DNA of 64,000 nucleotides from Parcubacteria group bacterium (GTDB lineage: Bacteria; Patescibacteriota; Minisyncoccia; Moranbacterales; UBA2206). A program made the translations under genes and the position numbers. The DNA is taken from assembly GCA_041659505.1 (NCBI GenBank), contig JBAZYF010000004.1:78922-142921 (forward strand), read 5' to 3'. Under the pieces are notes generated by a model. That model was not told the origin of the DNA. It made no database searches and was given only the letters and a program-made list of their open reading frames with translations. This document shows positions 47,062 to 54,547 of this stretch, one piece after another; the stretch's first letter is position 1; each line of letters starts with the position of its first letter.

Positions 47062-48600
47062 TTAATTTACTGCGAGACCAGTTGGGACTTCAGGATGAGA
47101 AACATCAATCAAGTCTTGGAGTGGATGCGGATAAATTAACGGGGTATAAGTCAAAGTATGATTTCCTGCGCCTGATGGCTGACTCGCCGTAATGGAATAG
47201 TCAACGTCCCCATTACCAAATCCCGCTGTAACATGTGGCGTGCTTTTGAAATAATTGACTCCACTATAAATGACAACACCGAAGCTATTGTCACATGCTA
47301 GCCCCAAGGCTGAAGAATCATAGCACTTGTCCTGAAGGCCATTATTCCAGACATAGAGGGGGAAAGTTGTTTGTTTATCGCCAGAAAGTATCTGCGCCAT
47401 AGTTTTTCCCGCCGCCCTTCCGGTTTGCGCAAGGCAGGGCCAGCCAGGAGCAGAAGCATCGCCCGCATTTCCGTCCCAAGCATGTGTGCCATCGCAGTAA
47501 AGTAGTGGCGCTCCGGTCTGATCCTGCTCAGGAAGCCTCCCCTCTCCTATCCTAATTGCATTTTCCGGCCAACCGACAAAAGTATTGTCATAAATTAGAC
47601 CCGTGCCACCGCCATGGATGCGCATCGGAGTCAACCAATCACCGCCATAATCCCAACTAAATTTATTATTATAAACCTCCCACCATTGTGTGTTGACGCT
47701 TCCTCCTGTCGTCCAGTGAGAATATAATCCCACATCTGTGAGCGTATTATGGCGAAAAACTATCCTTCCTCCCCGATAACCGCTGTCGATAGCCGCATAG
47801 CCGGAAGCACCGTAGGGTCCGGTTGAACTAGCCACGAAAGTGTTGTCTTCAATGTAAATTGCATTTAAACTTCCCGGCTGAAAAGGCTGTGCTAGGTTAT
47901 ATGCTCCGAAAATATTATTTATCGAACCGTCTTCCGAAGAAAATTCTCCGTCATATATAATAGTTGACTCGCAATTCATGACAAAATAGTTATGATCAAT
48001 GAGGCCAAAGGCGAGTCCGCGAATCGTAATTGCGTGCGGACCGCAGGTATTAGGGTAATAGAAAGTCATATGATCAATCCTCCAGCCATAACTAGTGCCT
48101 GACGGTTGAACTGGATAATTATAGCCGTCATTAGAAAGAGAAAACCCGCCACCATTATTTAAGCTAGTTAAAAAAATATTTGTCACCCTCCAGGCCATTT
48201 TTGTACTATTTGTTTCACTGGAATAAATTCCGCTTGTGTTCATCAATCCGTCGTCAGTCGTTAAACAAGTATCAACGGATGGATTACAAGAACATGTGCT
48301 ACCTGCGCAAGAACCATGTCCCTGCCCTTGAAGTGTTATATTTTTATCCACCCAACCTACACCGTTATCCCAAGCAGGATTGACGTTGCAAGATCCGACA
48401 CTAATATTGACCACGTCTCCGTCGATTGCCAAGCTTGTCGCACTGGTAAGTGCAGTTGTAATATCACCGGAACAAGTAACATTCCTAGTTGCCCCAAAAG
48501 TTTTCCCCGCCACTCCAAACACTCCACAAAAAAGAATTATGAGAAAAAAGATTTTTAGTTTCAAGTTTTGGCGCATTTTTTTCTGCCCAAGACAAATCAT
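47062..48600 (-). CDS. Secreted parallel beta-helix repeat protein, paralog 6. Most divergent. The start may be Met at 48576.
   Basis: Leader MRQNLKLKIFFLIILF. Beta-helix rungs. Ends ...HPEVPTGLAVN. Confidence 0.65.
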   Translation of the reverse strand: MICLGQKKMRQNLKLKIFFLIILFCGVFGVAGKTFGATRNVTCSGDITTALTSATSLAIDGDVVNISVGSCNVNPAWDNGVGWVDKNITLQGQGHGSCAGSTCSCNPSVDTCLTTDDGLMNTSGIYSSETNSTKMAWRVTNIFLTSLNNGGGFSLSNDGYNYPVQPSGTSYGWRIDHMTFYYPNTCGPHAITIRGLAFGLIDHNYFVMNCESTIIYDGEFSSEDGSINNIFGAYNLAQPFQPGSLNAIYIEDNTFVASSTGPYGASGYAAIDSGYRGGRIVFRHNTLTDVGLYSHWTTGGSVNTQWWEVYNNKFSWDYGGDWLTPMRIHGGGTGLIYDNTFVGWPENAIRIGEGRLPEQDQTGAPLLYCDGTHAWDGNAGDASAPGWPCLAQTGRAAGKTMAQILSGDKQTTFPLYVWNNGLQDKCYDSSALGLACDNSFGVVIYSGVNYFKSTPHVTAGFGNGDVDYSITASQPSGAGNHTLTYTPLIYPHPLQDLIDVSHPEVPTGLAVN

Positions 48601-48636
48601 CCTCGGGCTGACATTTTTATTTTTACCTAGCGACTC

Positions 48637-48798
48637 CTATTTTTTCCAATCTTTCACCAAAAAGCCGCCTCGCACTTTTTTCACCACCACTTTCTGTTTT
48701 TCTTTCCAGCCTAATTCACGCACGATTTCGATCGGCAAAGTCAGCCCGATGCTTCTTTTGCCAAGCCGGGTCAATTTTCTGATTTCATTATTTTTCAT
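48637..48798 (-). CDS. AbrB/MazE/SpoVT-type swapped-hairpin DNA-binding protein, 53 aa
   Basis: SIGLTLPIEIVRELGWKEKQKVVV matches the looped-hinge-helix/AbrB N-domain. Start set at the second Met: the first Met (48831) would translate the operator palindrome. Confidence 0.55.
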   Translation of the reverse strand: MKNNEIRKLTRLGKRSIGLTLPIEIVRELGWKEKQKVVVKKVRGGFLVKDWKK

Positions 48799-48800
48799 AT

Positions 48801-48827
48801 TGTTACTTACCTTGTTACGTAACAAGG
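48801..48827. promoter_or_regulatory. Operator-like motif TGTTACTTACCTTGTTACGTAACAAGG, including the perfect 18-bp palindrome CCTTGTTACGTAACAAGG, at the 5' end of the AbrB-like gene
   Basis: Perfect palindrome at 48810-48827. Same 24-nt motif at 39651-39677. Confidence 0.55.
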
Positions 48828-48842
48828 TCATTACCTGAAAAA

Positions 48843-50426
48843 CTAGCTTAGCAAAGAATTTTTGGCCATTAATTTTGGCTTTTCTATTTCCAAAATATCC
48901 AAAATAGTCGGCGCAATGTTGCCCAGCACTCCCCCGTCTCTCAGTTTTTTATCTTTAAGTTTTTCGCTAATGATCAAAAAGGGCACAGGATTTTTTGTGT
49001 GATAGGTATTGGGCTGGTCACTGCTAAAGTCGATCATGTCATCCGCGTTGCCATGATCTGCGGTAATAATCAAGTTTCCCTGAAGCTCTAAAACTTTTTT
49101 CGCCAATCGTTCGATTTGCTTATCCAAAAATTCTACCGCTTTAATTGTTGCGCCAAGATCTCCGGTATGTCCGACCATATCCGCGTTAGCATAATTGACT
49201 GCAATGAAATCGTATTCATTTTTTTCCAGCACTTCCAAAATTTTGTCCGTTATTTTTTCCGCCGACATCTCCGGAACTTCGGCGTAGGAATCAACAATGG
49301 GAGATTTGATCATAATCCGCATTTCCCCTCCGACCGGATCAGCGTAGCCACCGTTAAGAAAATAGGTCACGTGGGCGAATTTTTCTGACTCAGCGATATA
49401 TAGTTGGCGAATATCCCCCAGCACCATAGGCAAAGTGGCCGAGATTGTATATTCCGGAAAAGCCGTATGCTCATCCAAGCCAGGACCAAAATCAGTCAGT
49501 GCGACGAAATATAAATTTCCAATCTTGTCGATAACTGGCATATCATCACGCAGGATGCTTTTTTCATCATTGGCGATAAATAATTTACTGAATTGCCTGG
49601 CGCGGTCAGAACGGAAATTATAGAAAACTAAGGCGTCGTCTTTTTTGATCTGCGCTACAGGCCCGCCTGCAACGCTATGCGTAGCATTGCGGGCAGGTGC
49701 ACTATTCTCCAGAATGACTGTCGGCAAGAGATACTCGTCTGTTAGTCCAGCAGTGTAGGCTCTTTCAATCGCCTCCTCAGCGCTGTTAGCTTTTTCACCG
49801 CGCGCAAAAACGGCCGCGTCATAGGCCAAGGTCAACCGTTTCCAATTTTTGGCCCGATCCATCGCATAGAACCGGCCAGAAAGAGTTGCAATCTTTCCAA
49901 TTCCCTCTTCTTTTATTATCCGTCGGAAATATTTCAGATGTTCTAGTGCACTCCTAGGATAAGAATCCCGTCCATCTGTAAACAAATGGCAATAAACTTC
50001 CTTGACGCCATTTTTTTTGGCTAATTTGAGAATCGCGCGAAAATGCTCCGGATCACTGTGCGGACTGTCGCCATTACCCATCAGCCCCATCAGATGAAAG
50101 TTGCCACCGGTTTTTTTCACATGCTTCACCGCGCCGATCATCGCAGGATTCATAAAAAAACTGCCATCTTTGATGCTATCAGTGATATATTTCGAGTCCT
50201 GTGGCACGATCCGACCGGCACCGATATTCATATGCCCCGCTTCCGAACCACTCATCTTGTGATCAGGTAGTCCCACGCAAGTTCCCGTCGCGCAAAGTGT
50301 CGTGGAAGGATAAAGATCGAATAACCGATCAATTGTCGGTTTTTTTGCGAGAGTAATCGCGTTGCCTTTGCCCGGCGGAGCGATACCGTAGCCGTCGAGG
50401 ATTACTAGGAGAGTTGGTGTTTTCAT
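48843..50426 (-). CDS. gpmI: 2,3-bisphosphoglycerate-independent phosphoglycerate mutase, carrying the in-frame PARNATHSVAGG palindromic insertion
   Basis: MKTPTLLVILDGYGI... iPGM N-terminus. Metal ligands. 36-bp element at 49662-49697. Confidence 0.9.
   Translation of the reverse strand: MKTPTLLVILDGYGIAPPGKGNAITLAKKPTIDRLFDLYPSTTLCATGTCVGLPDHKMSGSEAGHMNIGAGRIVPQDSKYITDSIKDGSFFMNPAMIGAVKHVKKTGGNFHLMGLMGNGDSPHSDPEHFRAILKLAKKNGVKEVYCHLFTDGRDSYPRSALEHLKYFRRIIKEEGIGKIATLSGRFYAMDRAKNWKRLTLAYDAAVFARGEKANSAEEAIERAYTAGLTDEYLLPTVILENSAPARNATHSVAGGPVAQIKKDDALVFYNFRSDRARQFSKLFIANDEKSILRDDMPVIDKIGNLYFVALTDFGPGLDEHTAFPEYTISATLPMVLGDIRQLYIAESEKFAHVTYFLNGGYADPVGGEMRIMIKSPIVDSYAEVPEMSAEKITDKILEVLEKNEYDFIAVNYANADMVGHTGDLGATIKAVEFLDKQIERLAKKVLELQGNLIITADHGNADDMIDFSSDQPNTYHTKNPVPFLIISEKLKDKKLRDGGVLGNIAPTILDILEIEKPKLMAKNSLLS
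49662..49697. repeat. Second copy of the 36-bp in-frame palindrome (identical to 15046-15081), inside gpmI
   Basis: Exact identity. Encodes PARNATHSVAGG in the same reading orientation. Confidence 0.85.
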
Positions 50427-50430
50427 AATA

Positions 50431-50537
50431 ACTGAACCACATGATTAGCACGTGATTTTCCTGATTACACATGATTTTGAATTTTGATTATTCCCTTCAG
50501 TGAAATCAGTGTTTTCAGTGATAATCAGTGGTTCTGA
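50431..50537. mobile_element. MITE-like element, family C, copy 4. Fills the whole gpmI-eno spacer.
   Basis: TIR CTGAACCACATGATTAGCAC...GTGATAATCAGTGGTTCTGA. Confidence 0.8.
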
Positions 50538-50541
50538 TTTT

Positions 50542-51795
50542 TTAGATTTCTTCCTCAATCCTAAGCAGTCGATTATACTTACAAATCCGCTCTCCCCGCG
50601 AAAGCGATCCGGATTTCATATAATCTGCTCCAGCGCCAACGGCAAGATCCGAGATAAAATCATCGGTTGTTTCTCCACTGCGATGCGAGACGACGATTTT
50701 CATCTTATTTTTCTTGGCTAATTTGATACAATCAATAGTTTCGAAAAGCGTGCCGATTTGGTTGACTTTGATGAGCACAGCATTGCAAGCCTTTTTGGCA
50801 ATCGCCAGTTTGACCCTTTTGACGTTTGTCACTAAAAGATCATCACCGATATTCATCACGTCTTGGCCGAATTTTTCATTCATCTTGGCCCAGCCATCAA
50901 AATCATCTTCAGAAAGCCCATCTTCAACAGAAATCACGTTATATTTTTTCACCCATTCGACATAAATATTAACCAACGCTTCTCGGCTCAAAACAGCATT
51001 TTCCGGTTTAAACAGATACTGCTTTTCTGTCGCGTCAAAAAACGAACTGGCTGCCGCATCAATACCAATATTCAACTCTGCGCCCTTTTTGTAGCCGGCT
51101 TTTTCAATCGCTAAATTAATCAGTTCCAGCGCCTTAGCATTGCTTTCTAATCTTGGGGCAAACCCACCCTCGTCTCCCACACCGATACTGAAGCCTTCGG
51201 CGGAAAGCAACTTTTGGAGCGCATGAAAAACTTCACTGCCAGCGCGCAGTTGCTCCTTGAAAGTTTTCACACCGTTCGGCACTAATTTATATTCTTGGAT
51301 GGAAAGTCCCGAATCACTATGTTGACCACCGTTAATGATGTTAAACATCGGAATTGGCAATTTGAACTTTTTTGGCAACTTGAAGGTCTCGGCGATATAT
51401 TTATACAACGGCACATCCAACTCGTTAGCCGCCGCGCGACAAACTGCGATGGAAACTCCCAAAATTGCATTGGCTCCCAGATCCGTCTTATTTTCCGTTC
51501 CGTCCAAAATAAGCATCGCTTTGTCAATGCCCTTTTGATCACTGGCTTCCATTCCCAAGAGCGCTTTTTGAATTTTTTCATTCACATTCGCCACGGCTTT
51601 TTCTACTCCCAGTCCGCCATAACGACTCTTGTCCCCGTCACGCAGTTCCAATGCCTCATGCACCCCAGTCGAAGCCCCGGACGGCACCATAAAACTTCCT
51701 TTCGCTCCGGATTCTAAACTCACTTCCACTTCCACTGTCGGATTACCCCGCGAGTCCAAAATCTCTCGCGCGTAGATTTTTTTGATCTTACTCAT
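50542..51795 (-). CDS. eno: Enolase
   Basis: MSKIKKIYAREILDSRGNPTVEVEV. Catalytic motifs. Confidence 0.95.
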   Translation of the reverse strand: MSKIKKIYAREILDSRGNPTVEVEVSLESGAKGSFMVPSGASTGVHEALELRDGDKSRYGGLGVEKAVANVNEKIQKALLGMEASDQKGIDKAMLILDGTENKTDLGANAILGVSIAVCRAAANELDVPLYKYIAETFKLPKKFKLPIPMFNIINGGQHSDSGLSIQEYKLVPNGVKTFKEQLRAGSEVFHALQKLLSAEGFSIGVGDEGGFAPRLESNAKALELINLAIEKAGYKKGAELNIGIDAAASSFFDATEKQYLFKPENAVLSREALVNIYVEWVKKYNVISVEDGLSEDDFDGWAKMNEKFGQDVMNIGDDLLVTNVKRVKLAIAKKACNAVLIKVNQIGTLFETIDCIKLAKKNKMKIVVSHRSGETTDDFISDLAVGAGADYMKSGSLSRGERICKYNRLLRIEEEI

Positions 51796-51844
51796 AAATT
51801 TAATATTTTTTTATTCTAATTTCATAACTCTATTAATTATTCTC

Positions 51845-51955
51845 TGCAGTGCCACATTTCCATTCAGTGAAATCAGATTAATCGGTGCTTACCCGCCTTC
51901 GTTAAAACTATGGCGAGGCAAGGTCAGTGGTTCAGACATTCTATTCCCGGCATCG
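51845..51955. repeat. Degenerate MITE family-C copy with an inserted CCGCCTTCG-type hairpin. Its right terminus supplies the last 5 codons and the stop of pgk.
   Basis: TTCAGTGAAATCAGATTAATC...GGTCAGTGGTTCAGAC similar to family-C interior and TIR. Overlaps pgk codons ...ECLNH*. Confidence 0.5.
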
Positions 51956-52961
51956 CGCTCCCGCCCAGATAATCTAGCATCGCTCCGCCACCGGTGGAAA
52001 CAAAATCGACTTTTTCCATCGCGTCATTTTTTTCGAGGATTTCTAATGTTTCACCTCCGCCAATCAGCACAAACGCACCACTAGCTAGTACTGCCTCAAG
52101 AATTTCGTTAGAACTAACCGCATATTTCTCCTCTTCAAATTTTCCCGTCGGCCCATTCCAGACGATCGTCTTCGCCCCGGAAATTATTTCCTTAAACTTA
52201 GCTAAAGTTTCTGGTCCGATGTCCAACCGATCATCAATAAAATCAATCGGCAAAATCACCTTTTCGCTGAATTGAATTTTTTGATCCAGCGCTTCATTGG
52301 CAATTTTCCCGCCGACCAAAATGTGATCATATTTCTCTTCAAAAAATTTGATCACTGGCAACTTGGTTTCGATTTTTGCGCCACCGATAATTGCGACAGC
52401 GGGACTCACTGGATGCTCTTTGACAATTGTCATCTCGGCGATTTCTTCCTGCAAACGACAGCCGGCCGCACCTGGTAAAACTTTCGCCACACCAGACACG
52501 GAGGCATGGTCGCGATGGGAGGCGCTAAAAGCATCATTGACAAAATAATCAAAATTTTCCGCCAGTTGCTCGGAGAAATCTTGATCATTTTTTTCGTCTC
52601 CGGCATAAAATCGCACATTCTCCAGAAGCAATACCCCATCCTTTAGTTCCGCAAGGGCCACTTTTACTTTCTCACCGACACAATCAGGCACAAAAGCAAT
52701 TTTTTCTGCCAGAATCAGCTCAGCATCTCCAACGACCTGCTCAAGAGAAAATTTCGGATCAACTTTTCCGTCGGGTCGTCCCAAGTGTGAAATTAGGGCC
52801 ACTTTACATTTTTTGCCCATGAGATAATCGATTGTTTCTTTGGCCGCTAGAATCTTAAAACTTTCTTTGACATGGCCATCTTCGATTGCCACATTAAAAT
52901 CCACCCGCACTAAAACCTTCTTCCCCGCCACATCGGCGTCTTGAATTCTTCGTAATTGCAT
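51924..52961 (-). CDS. pgk: Phosphoglycerate kinase
   Basis: RVDFNV, LENVRF, FVNDAFSASHRDHAS, WNGPTGKFE, GGG(E/A) motifs. Confidence 0.9.
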   Translation of the reverse strand: MQLRRIQDADVAGKKVLVRVDFNVAIEDGHVKESFKILAAKETIDYLMGKKCKVALISHLGRPDGKVDPKFSLEQVVGDAELILAEKIAFVPDCVGEKVKVALAELKDGVLLLENVRFYAGDEKNDQDFSEQLAENFDYFVNDAFSASHRDHASVSGVAKVLPGAAGCRLQEEIAEMTIVKEHPVSPAVAIIGGAKIETKLPVIKFFEEKYDHILVGGKIANEALDQKIQFSEKVILPIDFIDDRLDIGPETLAKFKEIISGAKTIVWNGPTGKFEEEKYAVSSNEILEAVLASGAFVLIGGGETLEILEKNDAMEKVDFVSTGGGAMLDYLGGSAMPGIECLNH

Positions 52962-53009
52962 ACGATTTTACTTGGTTAATTTTTTATGCTTTCATTATAG
53001 CACATTATT

Positions 53010-53038
53010 AAATAACGCTGTAGAGACGCCCCAGCGGG
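53010..53038. repeat. GTAGAGACGCCCCAGCGGGGCGTCTCTAC hairpin (GTAGAGACG family) between glyA and pgk
   Basis: Perfect 12-bp stem. Same family as 19291-19314. Confidence 0.7.
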
Positions 53039-53085
53039 GCGTCTCTACAAAAATACATCCTTGTTTTAATAGATTTATAGTTACC

Positions 53086-54330
53086 CTATTTCGTCGGAAT
53101 CGGAAACGCCAGGCACATTTTTTTGACGTCTTTTTTGATCCGCGCCAAGACTTTTTTATCTTTGCCATTTTGCAAAGCCTCATCAATCCAATGGACAATT
53201 TTTTTCATTTCTCGTTCTTTCATTTTGCGCGTCGTGGCGGCAGGCGAACCGATGCGGATGCCCGATGGATTCATTGGCGGATTCGGATCATTAGGAATCG
53301 TCGAGCGACTGACTGAGATCCCAATTTGCTCCAGAATTGTTTCCGCTTCTCGTCCCCCAATCCCTTTGGCACCGAGGTTTAGGATAAACAGATGATTATC
53401 CGTTCCACCGGAGATTACCTCGTAGCCTAATTTAATAAATTCTTCCGCCATCGTCTGGGCATTTTTAATCACTTGCGCGGCATATTTTCTAAAGTTCGGC
53501 TTTAGAATTTCACCGAATGCGACTGCTTTCGCCGCTGTAGTGTGATTATGCGGACCACCCTGCATCCCGGGAAAAACCGCCCGATCGATCAATTTCGCAA
53601 ACTTTTCCTGGCACATAATCACCGCACCACGCGGACCACGCAAGGTCTTGTGGGTCGTCGTCGAAACGACATCAAAATATGGCACGGGATTTGCTAAGAG
53701 TCCCGCCGCAATCAGTCCGGCCGTGTGCGCGATATCCGCAAAAGTAAATGCACCCACTTCATCAGCAATTTTTTTGAACGCTTTCCAGTCGATTTCGCGT
53801 GAATAAGCGCTATAGCCCGCTACGATCATTTTTGGTTTTTCCCGCTTGGCAATCCGGCGCACTTCGGCCATATCAATCCGTCCAGTTTTTGGGTCAACGC
53901 CATATTGGACGAAATTATAAAGCATCCCGGAAAAATTGACCGGGTGGCCGTGCGAGAGATGTCCGCCGTGATCCAGTTTTAGTCCCAGCACCTTGTCGCC
54001 CGGTTTCAAAAATGCCATATACACCGCGGCATTCGCCGGTGAACCAGACAACGGTTGCACATTGGCATGCGCCGCGCCAAAGATTTTTTTGAGACGATTT
54101 ATAGCCAAAATCTCCATCTCATCAATAATCTGATTACCACCATAATAGCGATGTCCCGGCGTGCCCTCGCTATATTTATTCGTCAACACTGATCCCTGAG
54201 CTTCCAATACGGCTGGAGAAACATAATTTTCCGAAGCAATTAATTCCAACTCTTCGGTCTGACGTTTTTCTTCACGAGCAATAATTTCCGCCACTCTTGC
54301 ATCTTCCTTGGAGAGAAATTTATAGTTCAT
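53086..54330 (-). CDS. glyA: Serine hydroxymethyltransferase
   Basis: LIASENYVSPAVLEAQGSVLTNKYSEG. PLP-Lys region TTTHKTLRGPRG. Confidence 0.95.
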   Translation of the reverse strand: MNYKFLSKEDARVAEIIAREEKRQTEELELIASENYVSPAVLEAQGSVLTNKYSEGTPGHRYYGGNQIIDEMEILAINRLKKIFGAAHANVQPLSGSPANAAVYMAFLKPGDKVLGLKLDHGGHLSHGHPVNFSGMLYNFVQYGVDPKTGRIDMAEVRRIAKREKPKMIVAGYSAYSREIDWKAFKKIADEVGAFTFADIAHTAGLIAAGLLANPVPYFDVVSTTTHKTLRGPRGAVIMCQEKFAKLIDRAVFPGMQGGPHNHTTAAKAVAFGEILKPNFRKYAAQVIKNAQTMAEEFIKLGYEVISGGTDNHLFILNLGAKGIGGREAETILEQIGISVSRSTIPNDPNPPMNPSGIRIGSPAATTRKMKEREMKKIVHWIDEALQNGKDKKVLARIKKDVKKMCLAFPIPTK

Positions 54331-54375
54331 ACATTTGTAATTTGTTTTCAGAACCTACGCTTTTTAATTAAGTAT

Positions 54376-54502
54376 GTCATCCTGAGTGAAGTCGAAGGAT
54401 CTACTTTCCATTATCGTAAGCCTTATTGTTAAGCAGACAACTCTGGGTTACGGTTAGCAGATCCTTCGACTACGTCCAAGTACGGACTTCGCTCAGGATG
54501 AC
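54376..54502. mobile_element. MITE-like element, family B, copy 2
   Basis: TIRs GTCATCCTGAGTGAAGTCGAAGGATC / GATCCTTCGACTACG...CGCTCAGGATGAC. Confidence 0.75.
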
Positions 54503-54547
54503 ACAATTTAGTTATTTTTTTTGGTGAATGCGTGAGTTCAAATATTA

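Noticed and set aside
37520-48600. Diversity-generating retroelement (template and variable repeat) acting on the beta-helix paralogs
   Set aside because: The differences between the shared end-modules are ordinary transitions at many base types, not adenine-specific. No reverse transcriptase or accessory gene is present in the window.
48637-48831. Type II toxin-antitoxin pair (MazE-like antitoxin)
   Set aside because: No toxin ORF (MazF, PIN, RelE-like) is adjacent on either side. The flanks are gpmI and a beta-helix gene. The shared operator motif argues for a regulator role.
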